DNA from: an uncultured delta proteobacterium | Lineage (GTDB): Bacteria > Myxococcota_A > Polyangia > Polyangiales > Polyangiaceae | Direction of reading: 5' to 3' | Assembly: GCA_963782055.1 (NCBI GenBank) | Contig: CAWAIF010000003.1 | Span: forward strand, 4,576,001 to 4,640,000 | DNA: 64,000 nt | In this document: positions 8,786-18,587 of the stretch, piece by piece | Layout of the letters: each line of letters begins with the position of its first letter | Numbering within the stretch: the first letter of the stretch is position 1 | Program-made: the position numbers and the translations under genes | Notes under the pieces: model-generated | Databases searched by the model: none | Seen by the model: only the letters and a program-made list of their open reading frames with translations | Told to the model about the DNA's origin: nothing

Positions 8786-10789
8786 TCAATCGCAGCGCTC
8801 GAGGAACTTCCCGCAGGGCTTCTTGTGGTGGGTCGCCTTGGTGGTGGCCGCGCGTGAGAGCTTCACGTGGAACGTCGTCGCCTTGTTGCGCGGCGTCACG
8901 ATGCGGTGGATCTGCGTGCCGTAGCCCGTCTTGCGCACCAGCAGCATGTGGTAGCCCGGCTTGATCAGGAAGGGCTTGTCCTTCTTGAAGATGGTGAAGC
9001 CGTCGATGCGGACCTCGTCGCAGCCCGGATCGCACGTCACGTAGAGGCTGGTGCCCTTGGGCGCCGGCGGCGGGGCCGCCTCCGCGGCCGCGTCCGGCAC
9101 GTCCGGATCGGCGGCGGCGATGGACGCCGACGGGTCCGGCGCCGCCGAGGCGGTGGCGCTCGCCGACGTGGCGGGCGGAGGCTCCAGCGCGGCGACCGAG
9201 GACGCCTGCGGCGCGACGGCGGCGGAGGCCGCGCTCGGCGGCCCGCTCGCCGTCGTGGCGCTCGCGATGCTCGCGGCGGGCGCGGCCGTGTGGTGCAGCG
9301 CGACCGCGGCCACGCCGACGCCGATCACGCACGCCACGGCGAAGCCCGCGAGCACCGCGACGAGGCGGCGGCAATCCCGCGGCCTGCGCGAGGTGACGGG
9401 CAATGGCTCGGCGTCGGCCGCGCTGGGCGCGAAGGCCCCGAAGAGCGGCTGCGCCGGCACCGGCCCGGAGGACTCCACGTGGTCGACGATGGGGGCCAGC
9501 ACCGGCGGGCCCATGCCCGGAGGCGACGCCGGAGGCGCAGCCAGCGGCGACTGCAGGGGGACCGTCGCGGACCCCACGCGCGGCGCCGGCGCGGCGGGAG
9601 GCGGCGGCGCGGGCGCGGGCGGGGTGTCGAAGATGGAAGGCGGCGCGGGGGGCAGCGGCGCCAGGAAATCGGGCGGCGGCGGGACCGACGCCGGCTTGGG
9701 CGGCTCCTCCGCCTTCACCTCCTCCGGTCTGGGCGGCTCCACCTCCGTCGGCGCCTCCGGAGGGAACACCGGCGCCGCGACAATCTCCGTCTGCTCCGTC
9801 GACGGCTCCGGCGCGGGCGCGGCCTCCGGCGCCTGCGGCGCGGGGAACGCCATCTGCGTGCGCATCCGCGGCCGCATCGCCTGCGCGCCGGACGGCACCG
9901 GGGGGCGCGGCACGGGCGGCGGCTCAGGCACCGCCCGGGCCGCCGGGGCGACCGCGGCCGCCGGGGCGGGTGGCGCCACCGATCGCGCGGGACCGAGCCC
10001 GACGGCCTGCGCCACCGCGAGCCACAGCTCGCGCACGCTGGCGTGACGCGCCGTGGGATCGAGGGCCATCGCCCGCGCGATCTCGGCGTCGACGCGCGCA
10101 TCGACGGCCAGCCCCTCGCCCTGCGCGTGATGCGACGCCCCGGCGACCGCCTCCTGCGGGGTGAGCGTGCGGCGCGTCAGCGCGAAGTAGAGCAGCACCG
10201 CCGACGCGAACACGTCGGCCGTGGCGGTCGGCGCCGGACCCTCGCCGCGCAGCTCCGGCGCGAGGTAGCGATCCGAGCTCTCGGCCTCGGTGCGCGTCGC
10301 CTGCGCGACGAAGTCCCCGACGCGCACCGCCCACTGCGGCGCCGGCCCCACGAAGACGTTGCCCGGGTGCAGCGAGAGGTGAAGCAGGGTCCGCGACGAT
10401 GCCTCGTCGAGCACCTCCGCCAGGTGCTCGAGCACCTTGACGGCGTCGGGCATGGCGAGGGGGCACAGCTCCACGAGCTGCGAGAGCGAGGGCCACGAGC
10501 AGAGCTCGCTCACCACGATGGGGCTCCCCGTCGCCGGGTCGAACACCACCTCCAGCGTGCGCACCACGTGGGCGTCGGAGAGCCCGTTCTCCAGGGCGAC
10601 CACGCGCTGCAGCGCATCCATCACCGCCGGCCGCTCGCGCAGCGCGGCGTCGTGGACCTTGAGCACCACCTCGCGCGAGGGCGCGGTGACGGCCTCGTAG
10701 GTGGCGACGTGCTCGGTCCGTCCGAGCTGCCCGCGCACCGTATAGCGCTGCGCCACGATCTGACCGGGCGCGAGCTCGGGAACGGTCAC
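8786..10789 (-). CDS. Membrane-anchored Ser/Thr pseudokinase with Pro-rich linker and C-terminal PEGA-like domain
   Basis: GTG start overlapping upstream TGA; kinase fold with degenerate motifs (VVLKV, HLSLHPGN, GDFV, YLAPE, ADVFA); TM helix; IKPGYH...RKTGY. Confidence 0.7.
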   Translation of the reverse strand: MTVPELAPGQIVAQRYTVRGQLGRTEHVATYEAVTAPSREVVLKVHDAALRERPAVMDALQRVVALENGLSDAHVVRTLEVVFDPATGSPIVVSELCSWPSLSQLVELCPLAMPDAVKVLEHLAEVLDEASSRTLLHLSLHPGNVFVGPAPQWAVRVGDFVAQATRTEAESSDRYLAPELRGEGPAPTATADVFASAVLLYFALTRRTLTPQEAVAGASHHAQGEGLAVDARVDAEIARAMALDPTARHASVRELWLAVAQAVGLGPARSVAPPAPAAAVAPAARAVPEPPPVPRPPVPSGAQAMRPRMRTQMAFPAPQAPEAAPAPEPSTEQTEIVAAPVFPPEAPTEVEPPRPEEVKAEEPPKPASVPPPPDFLAPLPPAPPSIFDTPPAPAPPPPAAPAPRVGSATVPLQSPLAAPPASPPGMGPPVLAPIVDHVESSGPVPAQPLFGAFAPSAADAEPLPVTSRRPRDCRRLVAVLAGFAVACVIGVGVAAVALHHTAAPAASIASATTASGPPSAASAAVAPQASSVAALEPPPATSASATASAAPDPSASIAAADPDVPDAAAEAAPPPAPKGTSLYVTCDPGCDEVRIDGFTIFKKDKPFLIKPGYHMLLVRKTGYGTQIHRIVTPRNKATTFHVKLSRAATTKATHHKKPCGKFLERCD

Positions 10790-11457
10790 GGCCCGCTCCA
10801 GCCTTCCGAGATGTCGTCGTCGGTCAATCCGTCGGCCCCCGCGTCTGCCGCGCCTGCAGGCCGGTGCAGCGACTGGAGGGCCTGCAAGATGGCGCCGTCG
10901 GCGTTGGTCTTGTCGTCGTCGAACACGAACGCCGCGCCGGCGAGGCCCGTGCCCTTCTTCATCGGCGCGTTGACGAGCAGCAGCGCGCCCGCCTTGCCCT
11001 GCCGCGTGGCGTCCACCTGGAAGAGCTGGAGGTGGAGCTTGCCCACCTGAAGCTTCTTCTTTGGCTTGCGCGGCAGGTGGAGCTTCTTCTTCTTGAGGGT
11101 GATCTCGCCGCGGTCGAGGAGCGCGGTGAGCGCGAAGTCTCGCGACGCGCGCGTGGCCTTGGGCGCGCCCTCGTAGCGCGTGAGGAGCAGCACGCCGCCG
11201 CTGGTGGAGGCGACGGTGACCGAGGGCTCCTGCGCGTAGGTCCAGCCCTCCGGCACCGCGATGGACCAGCCGGAGTCGACGACGCGCGCCTGCGTCCCCT
11301 CCTTGGCCACGCACCCCTCGCTGATCGCCTCGCACTTGGGCGGCGGGGGCGGCGGCGCGGGCTTCGCCGGCGGGGGCGGCGGCGGCGGGGGCGGGGGGGC
11401 GTGACCGCACGCCTGCGCCGCCACGAGCAAGACGATGACGCGAAGGGCGCGCCTCAC
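10786..11457 (-). CDS. Hypothetical lipoprotein
   Basis: GTGA overlap with upstream gene; signal peptide/lipobox AQAC then poly-Pro. Confidence 0.65.
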   Translation of the reverse strand: MRRALRVIVLLVAAQACGHAPPPPPPPPPPAKPAPPPPPPKCEAISEGCVAKEGTQARVVDSGWSIAVPEGWTYAQEPSVTVASTSGGVLLLTRYEGAPKATRASRDFALTALLDRGEITLKKKKLHLPRKPKKKLQVGKLHLQLFQVDATRQGKAGALLLVNAPMKKGTGLAGAAFVFDDDKTNADGAILQALQSLHRPAGAADAGADGLTDDDISEGWSGP

Positions 11458-12740
11458 TTCGACCTGCTCCCGGGGCCAAGGCCGCTGGTGCTGGGGGCGA
11501 TGGGCTCGAGCACCGCGGCCACCCGCCGCGAGACACGCTGCGAGGGGGGCGGCGGCTCCTTGCGCGCCGCGTACGCCCGGTGGAGATGAGGCCTCGCCAG
11601 GAACATGGCGTACGACGCCAGCTCGTGGAGCCAGCGCTGGAGCTGGGCGCGCGAGGCGGCCGGGTCGGGCTGCGCCTCCAGGTTGATGGCGACACGGACG
11701 GCGTTGAGGGTGCCGTCGTCCGCCGGGCCGGCGCCGTCGAGCACAGCCGCGTACGCCGCGCCCCGGGCGAACCGGGCGAGCTGGGGACGCACGTCGTCCC
11801 CGACGTCCATGGCGTCGAGCTCGCGCATGATCATGGCGACGGCCTGATTGTACACCCCAACGGTGCCGGTCACGTCCAGCCTCGGCGGCCCCACGCTCAC
11901 GAGGCCCGCGCCGATGAGCTGCAGCAGGGCGCGCTGCACGTCCAGCTCGCTCTCCCCGAGCGCGCGACACATCTCCTCGACCGAGCGCGCGCCGTCCACC
12001 GCGGCGTAGACGCCGTGCGGGTCCTGCTCCGGCGCCTTCCGCCCCGTCGTGCGCGCGGGCACGTGCTGGAGCGAGGGGATGCGCGCGCGGAAGTAGCGCT
12101 CCTCGTGCATGCGCCGCACGCCCTCGCGCACCAGGCCGGAGACGGGCAAGAGCTGGCGCGAGGGGAGCGTGCGCTCGTCGAAACCGTCGACGAAATAGTA
12201 GACGCCCTCGGCGATGAGCAGGGCGCCGTGGAAGATCTCCTCCACCTGGCGGGCCATGGCGCGAAAGAGCTGCTCGTGCGTCAGGAAGCCCAGCTTCACC
12301 GCGGCCTCGCCGAAGCGCAGGGCGCTGGACGCCGCCTCCGAGCAGGCCTCCACGCGCTCGCGTGTCAGCAGACCGTAGCGCTCGAGCACCTGGCCGAGCC
12401 GCTCGCGGCCCACGGTGGACGAGGCCGCGACGACGTGACCCTGCTCGAGCAGGATGGAGCGCACGCCCTCGGCGTCATGGACGAAGAGCTCCCCGCGCTG
12501 GCCGCTCTGCCCGAGGAAGGTCGCCACGTCGCAGAGGGCGCCGGGCGCCACGACCTCCCCGAGCAGCAGGCAGCGCCTCCCGCCGGTGCGGCGGCGCAGC
12601 ACCACGAGCCCCGCCGGCGAGGGCAACACGCCGTAGCGTCCCGCGTGCGCCTGCAGGCGAGCGATCGCCCCCACGCCGAGGGGGTGCGCGACACCCTCGT
12701 CGTCGATCTCGACCGCAAGATCCTCGCTCCGGTGCACCAT
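11454..12740 (-). CDS. DUF4388 / GSPII N-terminal-like domain protein
   Basis: LLGEV...GQRGELFV...ILLEQGHVVAASS...RLGQVL...RFGEAAVKLG pattern typical of myxobacterial DUF4388 proteins. Confidence 0.7.
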   Translation of the reverse strand: MVHRSEDLAVEIDDEGVAHPLGVGAIARLQAHAGRYGVLPSPAGLVVLRRRTGGRRCLLLGEVVAPGALCDVATFLGQSGQRGELFVHDAEGVRSILLEQGHVVAASSTVGRERLGQVLERYGLLTRERVEACSEAASSALRFGEAAVKLGFLTHEQLFRAMARQVEEIFHGALLIAEGVYYFVDGFDERTLPSRQLLPVSGLVREGVRRMHEERYFRARIPSLQHVPARTTGRKAPEQDPHGVYAAVDGARSVEEMCRALGESELDVQRALLQLIGAGLVSVGPPRLDVTGTVGVYNQAVAMIMRELDAMDVGDDVRPQLARFARGAAYAAVLDGAGPADDGTLNAVRVAINLEAQPDPAASRAQLQRWLHELASYAMFLARPHLHRAYAARKEPPPPSQRVSRRVAAVLEPIAPSTSGLGPGSRSK

Positions 12741-12808
12741 CTGGGCCGCCGGAAGCCTATCACCCCCGACGCTTGACGGTCTCAACCATCGCCCGCGGGC
12801 TGGCGCTC

Positions 12809-13822
12809 TCAGGGCCCGAAGGCGACGCCGCGGGGGTCCTGGATGCCGCCGTCGGAGGGCGGGATGACCACGCTGGTGGTGGTGAAGGAAGGAGCGGCGA
12901 ACACGAGCAGCCCCGCGGTGTGATCGGCCACGGCGAGGTTGGATCCGACGAAGGTGATGCGCTCGGGAGAGGTCACCGAGCCGAGGGCGAGGGGCGTGGA
13001 GCCGTTCTTGAACGGGCTGGGGAACTTGCCCAGCTTGTTGGGCGTGTAGTTGACGGCGAAGAGGGTGCCCTGGTGCGCGACGAGGCCGGTCGGGAAGGTG
13101 TAGGCGGTGTTGGTCACCGCCGGCGTGCTCTGCGCCGTCACCGGGGCGGCGTAGACGTAGATCCCTCCGTTGCCGTAGCCGCCGACGTACAGGTTGTCGC
13201 TGGAGTCGAGCGTGACCGCGAAGGCGTTGCCCTTCGGCAGGGTCAGGGAGAGCGATTTCGTCGAGCTGCTCGTGAGCGGCGCGTCGAACTTCTCCACCAC
13301 GCCGCCCAGGCCGCCGACCCAGAAGTTGCCCTTGGTGTCGAAGTGACCGTCGTCCATCCCGGCGTTGTCGAGCGGGATGGTGACGACCGGCGCGCTGCTG
13401 GCGGTGAGGGGGAGGTCGAAGACGAGGAGCTTCGACGCGCCTCGATCCACGACGAGGATCTCCTTGCCGGAGGGGACGATGGCGACGTCGCTCGGCCCCT
13501 GGAGGCCCTTGGTGAGCACGACCGAGGGCGTCGAGCTGCTGGTGATGGGCATCTCGAACACCAGGACGGCGCCGCCGGGGCCGCCGTTGGCGAAGTTGGT
13601 CACGTAGACGTGCGCGGGGGCCGGCGGGCCCGCGTCGGCGTCGGTCCCCGTGTCCCCGCCTCCGTCCACCGTCACGCCCGTGTCGACGGCGACGTCCGCG
13701 CTGACGTCGGACCCGGCGTCACCCCCGCCGCCGGTGGGGTCGACGGTGGAGCCCACGCACGCCCAGAGCGTCCCCGTCACCACGGCGCAGCCCACCAGCG
13801 CCGCCCCTCGAAGCATCCTCAT
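12809..13822 (-). CDS. Secreted beta-propeller (NHL-like) lipoprotein
   Basis: Lipobox LWAC, DAG linker, repeats such as GPSDVAI, GNFWVG, DNLYVG, FPTGLV, DPRGVAFGP. Confidence 0.7.
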   Translation of the reverse strand: MRMLRGAALVGCAVVTGTLWACVGSTVDPTGGGGDAGSDVSADVAVDTGVTVDGGGDTGTDADAGPPAPAHVYVTNFANGGPGGAVLVFEMPITSSSTPSVVLTKGLQGPSDVAIVPSGKEILVVDRGASKLLVFDLPLTASSAPVVTIPLDNAGMDDGHFDTKGNFWVGGLGGVVEKFDAPLTSSSTKSLSLTLPKGNAFAVTLDSSDNLYVGGYGNGGIYVYAAPVTAQSTPAVTNTAYTFPTGLVAHQGTLFAVNYTPNKLGKFPSPFKNGSTPLALGSVTSPERITFVGSNLAVADHTAGLLVFAAPSFTTTSVVIPPSDGGIQDPRGVAFGP

Positions 13823-13865
13823 TCCGGTACGGATAGGCGCGGCTCAGCGAGGCGTCAAGCAAGGG

Positions 13866-16577
13866 TCAGCCCTGGCCGAGGCCATAGGAGCTGAGCTTCA
13901 GCTTGGCGAAGATCTCGTCCGCGCGATGCGTGTACGCGGCCGCCTCCGCCTGCACGTCGGCGTCGGTCTGGAACTCGAAGGTGCCGCGCAAGAGGTCGGC
14001 GAAGGCGCGGCAGCTCCGCGCGAGCTCCACCTCGTTGCCCGCCTCCTCGAAGATGCGGATGGACTGCTGCAGGTGCTCGCGCGCCGCGCGGATCCCCTCG
14101 CCGCCCGCGCTGCCCGCCGCCGACACCTCGCCGAGCGACCGGAGCGCCACGCCGAGCTGCACCTTGCCCTGCACCTCGCGGAAGATATCCACCGCGCGCG
14201 CCGTGCACTCGCGCGCCTTGGTGTACTCCTTGCGGGAGAGGTACGCCTTGCCCAGGCCACGCACCGCCTCCGCGAGGCCCATCTTGTCGCCCAGCTCGTC
14301 GGCGAGCTCCTCGGCCTGCTTCAGGTAGGTGATGGCGCGCTCGGAGTCGCCCATGCGGTTGAGCGTCTCGCCCAGGTTGGTGAGGATGAGGGCGATGCGG
14401 TTGCGGTCGCCTGTCTCCTTCGCCACGTCGTAGGCCTCCCGGAACAGCTCGAAGGCGCGGCGGTCTTCGCGCTGGTCCTGGGCGACGGTGCCCAGGTTGT
14501 TCAGCGAGATGGCGACCCCCACCAGATCGCCGATCTCCTTGCGGATGACGAGCGCCTGCTCGAAGGCGTCGAGCGCCTCCTTGAAGCGGCCGGAGTCCTG
14601 GTAGACCAGGCCCATGTTGTTGAGCGACAGGGCGATGCTCCGCCGGTCGCCGAGGCGCCGGCGCATCGCGAGCGCCCGCTGCGTGAACTCCAGCGCGCGC
14701 GCGTAGTCGCCCCTGAGCCAGTGCAGCTTGCCGATGTCGTCGACGGTGCTGGCGATGCCGCGCTCGTCACCCGCCTCCTCGAAGAGGTGCAGCGCGGCGT
14801 CCAGGTTGCGCGAGGCGAGCTCCAGGCGGCCGGTGTCGCGGTACAGCCGCCCGATGCGGCCGAGCGCGGCGCCGCCGCGGGTGCGCAGGTCCAGCCGCCA
14901 GGCGACCGACAGCATCTCGCGGAAGACGGCGAGCGCGCCCTCGTTGTTGCCCAGGAGCTGCAGCACGTCGCCGTGGTGATGCAGCGCCGTGACGTGCTGA
15001 TCGGCCTCCACCTCGGCGCCGCCGCGGACGATGGCGAGCCCCTGCGCGTAGTACTCCGCCGCCTTGGCGTTGGCGTAGCGCGAGCGCGCCACGTCGGCAG
15101 CCTCCAGGTACGCGATCGCCGCCCGGCGCGTCGAGCCGGCGAGCTCGCGGTGCCGCGCCAGCATGCCGATGGACTCCTCGTGCGCGCGCAGGTTCTCCTT
15201 GGAGGCGAGCCAGTCGGCGATCGCCGCGTGGAAGCCCCGCGCGGTGCCCGGCGACGTCATCTTGACCAGCGCCTCGCGCTCCAGGTTGTGCTTGAAGACG
15301 TACTCGGTGTCTCCGGAGAAGGTGCTGTCGGGGAGACGCAGGACGTAGTCGCGCTCGGTGAGGTCGGCGAGCATCGTCTGGATGCGCTTCCTGTCGGGGG
15401 CCTCCCCCGCCTCCCACACCTCCGGCGGGGGCGCGCCGCGGCGCTCGATGCTCACCAGCGCGCCCAGCCAGAAGACCGATCCCATCGCCGCGGCGCGCTC
15501 CAGCAGATCGCGCTCCGGCGGGGCGAGCGCCGCGATGCGCGCGGCGATGGCGTCCTCCACCGTGATGGGCAGCTTCACGTTGGCGAGCTTCTCGGGGTGG
15601 ACCGTCCACTTCTCGTACTCGGCGAGCTCGTCCTCCACCTCCAGCACGCCCATGTCGTGGAAGATGCGGACCATCTGCTCGAGCAGCGCCGGGTTGCCGC
15701 CGGCGAGGGTGCACGCCGCGTCGATGAGCTCCTCCACCGCCTCGTCCTCGCCGGCGGGGGCGAGCAGGTCCTGCATCACCGCCGAAGCGTCGGTGTCGGA
15801 GAGGGGCGAGAGGTCCACCACCCGGTGCCGCGGGCCGCCGTGCTTTGCCCAGTCGTCGCGCCGCGCCATCATCTCGGGGCGCGCCAGGCAGAGCAGCAGG
15901 ATGGGCGCCGAGAGATACTCGATGAGGTAGGCGAGCAGGTCGAGCGAGTCGTCGTGCGCCCAGTGCAGGTCGTCGAACACCAGCACCAGCGGGCCCTTCG
16001 GCGACGTCCCCGGCGTGGCGGAGGAGTCGGCGCGCGCGGCGGGGCTCGTCGCGTCCGCCTCGAAGAAGCGCTTGATGACCGCGCGCCGGAGCTGCCGGAG
16101 CTGCTGCGGATCGCCCTCCACCGCCTTGATCAGCGGCGAGTCCATGAAGTCCAGCTCCAGGAGCTGCCCGAGGAAGTAGACGACGTCGCCGACCTTGCGG
16201 TCCTCCAGCACCGCGGCGGCCTGCGCGCGCACCTGCGCCTTCGCCGCCTCCGGGTCCATCCCCTCCACGATGCCGAAGCGCGCGCGCAGCACCCGCGCGA
16301 ACACGCCGTACGCCGGGCCCCCCTCCCGTGAGGTGCCGCGGAAGACGCGCGGCGACCCGCCCTCGAAGTTGCGCGTGCGCAGGAGGAAGTCGCGGACCAG
16401 CCGCGTCTTGCCGATGCCGGCGGCGCCGATGAGCGTCACCGCGCGGCACACCCCCCGCGCGTGGGCGTCGGCGAGGGCCGACTCCAGCTCGCGCATCTCC
16501 GCGGCGCGCCCGACGAGCACCGCGCGCCGCTCGGCGACGCCGAAGCCGCCGGGGGGGAGGAGGCTGAGACTGCTCAT
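13866..16577 (-). CDS. AAA/STAND-type ATPase with C-terminal TPR repeats
   Basis: LVGRAAE, Walker A GAAGIGKTRL, Walker B LVLVFDDLHWA, GGNP, YVFKH; TPR repeats SLNNMGLVY, SLNNLGTV. Confidence 0.85.
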   Translation of the reverse strand: MSSLSLLPPGGFGVAERRAVLVGRAAEMRELESALADAHARGVCRAVTLIGAAGIGKTRLVRDFLLRTRNFEGGSPRVFRGTSREGGPAYGVFARVLRARFGIVEGMDPEAAKAQVRAQAAAVLEDRKVGDVVYFLGQLLELDFMDSPLIKAVEGDPQQLRQLRRAVIKRFFEADATSPAARADSSATPGTSPKGPLVLVFDDLHWAHDDSLDLLAYLIEYLSAPILLLCLARPEMMARRDDWAKHGGPRHRVVDLSPLSDTDASAVMQDLLAPAGEDEAVEELIDAACTLAGGNPALLEQMVRIFHDMGVLEVEDELAEYEKWTVHPEKLANVKLPITVEDAIAARIAALAPPERDLLERAAAMGSVFWLGALVSIERRGAPPPEVWEAGEAPDRKRIQTMLADLTERDYVLRLPDSTFSGDTEYVFKHNLEREALVKMTSPGTARGFHAAIADWLASKENLRAHEESIGMLARHRELAGSTRRAAIAYLEAADVARSRYANAKAAEYYAQGLAIVRGGAEVEADQHVTALHHHGDVLQLLGNNEGALAVFREMLSVAWRLDLRTRGGAALGRIGRLYRDTGRLELASRNLDAALHLFEEAGDERGIASTVDDIGKLHWLRGDYARALEFTQRALAMRRRLGDRRSIALSLNNMGLVYQDSGRFKEALDAFEQALVIRKEIGDLVGVAISLNNLGTVAQDQREDRRAFELFREAYDVAKETGDRNRIALILTNLGETLNRMGDSERAITYLKQAEELADELGDKMGLAEAVRGLGKAYLSRKEYTKARECTARAVDIFREVQGKVQLGVALRSLGEVSAAGSAGGEGIRAAREHLQQSIRIFEEAGNEVELARSCRAFADLLRGTFEFQTDADVQAEAAAYTHRADEIFAKLKLSSYGLGQG

Positions 16578-16635
16578 GATGGGCCAGTGTACACGAAGTG
16601 GCCGAAATCCGGGGCTTTCGTGACCTCGCCGCCGG

Positions 16636-17358
16636 TCATGCGCCGGCCGCGTTCACCGCCTCCGCCAGCCACGCCCGGGACGGGCCGCTCTGGACGTTCA
16701 GGGCCTCCAGGCCGGGGAAGATCACCTCCTCGAGGGTCTTGACGAACACCGCGCGCCGCGCCGAGTAGGGCAGCACGCCGTGCTCCACCAGGCGCGCGTC
16801 CTCCGGCCCCTTCGTGGCGGGCTTGAAGGAGTCGCCCGCGGTGGTCCGCAGCATCCACGGGATCCACTTCGAGAGGAAGGAGAGGTCGTCACGCTCCTTG
16901 TGGCTCGCCAGCACCGCCCAGCCCAGACGCGCGTGGGCGACCTCGTCGCGGGAGAACTCGCGGAGCACCGAACGCATGGCCCTGCCCTTCGTCGCGCCCA
17001 TCAGCGTCACCAGCATGACCGTGCTCTCGGTCTCCGCCATGCAGGACGCGGCGACCTCGTAGAGCACGCGGCGCCGGAAGGAGAGCTTCGCCGGCGCGAT
17101 CTCGCTCGGGACGACCGGGTCGGTCAGCCGCGCGGCGCCGTACCTGTCGGCCAGCTCGGCGCAGTAGCCCTCGTGCCGCTGTTCGTCGCGGGAGGCCGCG
17201 AGCGCCAGCTTCACCAGCGGCGCGGGTGTGCCGATGCGCTCCAGCCGGCCCGCCAGCCGCGCGAAGCGCATCGTCGCGTCGCGCTCGACCGCCTCGCGAA
17301 ACGCCCAGGCCTTCCCCGCGGCGCGCTCGATCCCGACACCCCCGGAGGGGCTCGTCAC
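16636..17358 (-). CDS. Ferritin-like (di-iron carboxylate) domain protein
   Basis: Helical protein with EAVE, DEQRH, AETES and DEVAHARLGW; two ExxH motifs. Confidence 0.75.
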   Translation of the reverse strand: MTSPSGGVGIERAAGKAWAFREAVERDATMRFARLAGRLERIGTPAPLVKLALAASRDEQRHEGYCAELADRYGAARLTDPVVPSEIAPAKLSFRRRVLYEVAASCMAETESTVMLVTLMGATKGRAMRSVLREFSRDEVAHARLGWAVLASHKERDDLSFLSKWIPWMLRTTAGDSFKPATKGPEDARLVEHGVLPYSARRAVFVKTLEEVIFPGLEALNVQSGPSRAWLAEAVNAAGA

Positions 17359-17606
17359 CAGCTACACAGGCCGTGCGTGCAATCGCCCGGCTTGTTCAGG
17401 CACCCGGCGTCCTGGCCGGTGCCGGTGTCCGGCTGGGCGGCGGCGTCGTTGCCCTGCGCTCCCTGATCGTCCGCGGCGTCGGCCGCGGGGCCGCCCGCGT
17501 CGGAGTCCGTCGTCGGGCCGCCGGAGCACGCGGGAATGGCGAGGGACATGCCCCCGATCACCAGCACGTTGAAGAGCTTCGATGCATCGACGGCCAGCGG
17601 TTTCAT
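17355..17606 (-). CDS. Small secreted/lipo-peptide (83 aa) with C-terminal Cys/Trp motif
   Basis: Hydrophobic N-region LFNVLVIGG, lipobox-like IPAC, acidic DAG linker, ends CLNKPGDCTHGLCSW; TGA overlaps GTG of ferritin-like gene. Confidence 0.7.
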   Translation of the reverse strand: MKPLAVDASKLFNVLVIGGMSLAIPACSGGPTTDSDAGGPAADAADDQGAQGNDAAAQPDTGTGQDAGCLNKPGDCTHGLCSW

Positions 17607-17658
17607 GTCCCCCAGAATACCGGCGGCGCGGGTGGCGGTCAAAAGGCGGACGGAGCGG

Positions 17659-18510
17659 CTAGCGCTTCCGTTCGCGGGCGGACGCGGGCTTGCCGCGATG
17701 CGCCGCCTTGTCGTGCCTGGCCGGGTGCGCGTGGTGCGCCGCCTTCTTGTGCCGCTTGTGCCGGGCCGCCCAGCTCAGCACCGGGTTCTCCACGCACCCG
17801 CGCATCCCCGAGGGACACGAGATGCGCACGTGGAAGTGGTCGTCGTGCGGCAGCGTCCCGCGCGGCTGCTCCATCGTGTCGGCGGCCCGCTGCACGAGCG
17901 CCGCGGGCGCGCCGGCGTGCTTCGCGTAAGAGAGGAGCCGCGCGCGCAGGGGGGTCGAGACGAAGATGTGGCTCACGTGCGCGACCGGGTCGTCGAGCAG
18001 CGCCGCCACCAGCGCCCAGTTCTTCGCGTCGTCGAAGCGCGCTCCCGGCCATGTCGGCGCCGTACCGTCGCCCCGGAAGCGCACGAAGTGGTCGGCGAAG
18101 ATCTCGCGGCCGTGGCCGTTGTGCACGTAAAAGGCGATGTCGGCGTCGCGTCCGCTCTCGTGCGAGGCGTGGCGCTGGATGTCGCCGCCCCCGCGCTGCG
18201 AGATCTGCCCGACCGAGAGCACCGCCCCCTTGAACTGGTGGCGCACGCGGCGCGCCGCGCGATCGATCATGCTCACCAGCGAGCCCAGCCCCCAGCGCAC
18301 GTCGCCGGCGCGGTCCGCGGGGACGATGCGCAGGTACGTGGCCGACTCCAGGTGCGAGCCGCCCACCAGGTGCCCCTGGTTGGGCGCCCCCACGCTGCGA
18401 CCCATCGGGAACGCGGGGGCGTGCTTCTTGTGCGCCGGCGCCCGCGCGGCGGCAGGACGGACGACGAGCCCGAGACAAAGGGCCGCCGCGAGAGCGAGGA
18501 CGAGGCGCAT
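17659..18510 (-). CDS. mepA: Penicillin-insensitive murein endopeptidase (MepA family)
   Basis: Signal peptide; SVGAPNQGHL, HASHESGRDAD, HDDHFHVRISCP. Confidence 0.8.
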   Translation of the reverse strand: MRLVLALAAALCLGLVVRPAAARAPAHKKHAPAFPMGRSVGAPNQGHLVGGSHLESATYLRIVPADRAGDVRWGLGSLVSMIDRAARRVRHQFKGAVLSVGQISQRGGGDIQRHASHESGRDADIAFYVHNGHGREIFADHFVRFRGDGTAPTWPGARFDDAKNWALVAALLDDPVAHVSHIFVSTPLRARLLSYAKHAGAPAALVQRAADTMEQPRGTLPHDDHFHVRISCPSGMRGCVENPVLSWAARHKRHKKAAHHAHPARHDKAAHRGKPASARERKR

Positions 18511-18587
18511 GGCCCGACCTTTTCACGCCCAGCGCCGCCGGGCCAAAAAACCCGGCGCCCTCCCTGCCCGGCCCGTTACACTGGAGC

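Noticed and set aside
8786..11695. 969-aa kinase ORF
   Set aside because: The first 302 codons overlap two other genes; the kinase fold starts at the GTGA overlap at 10789
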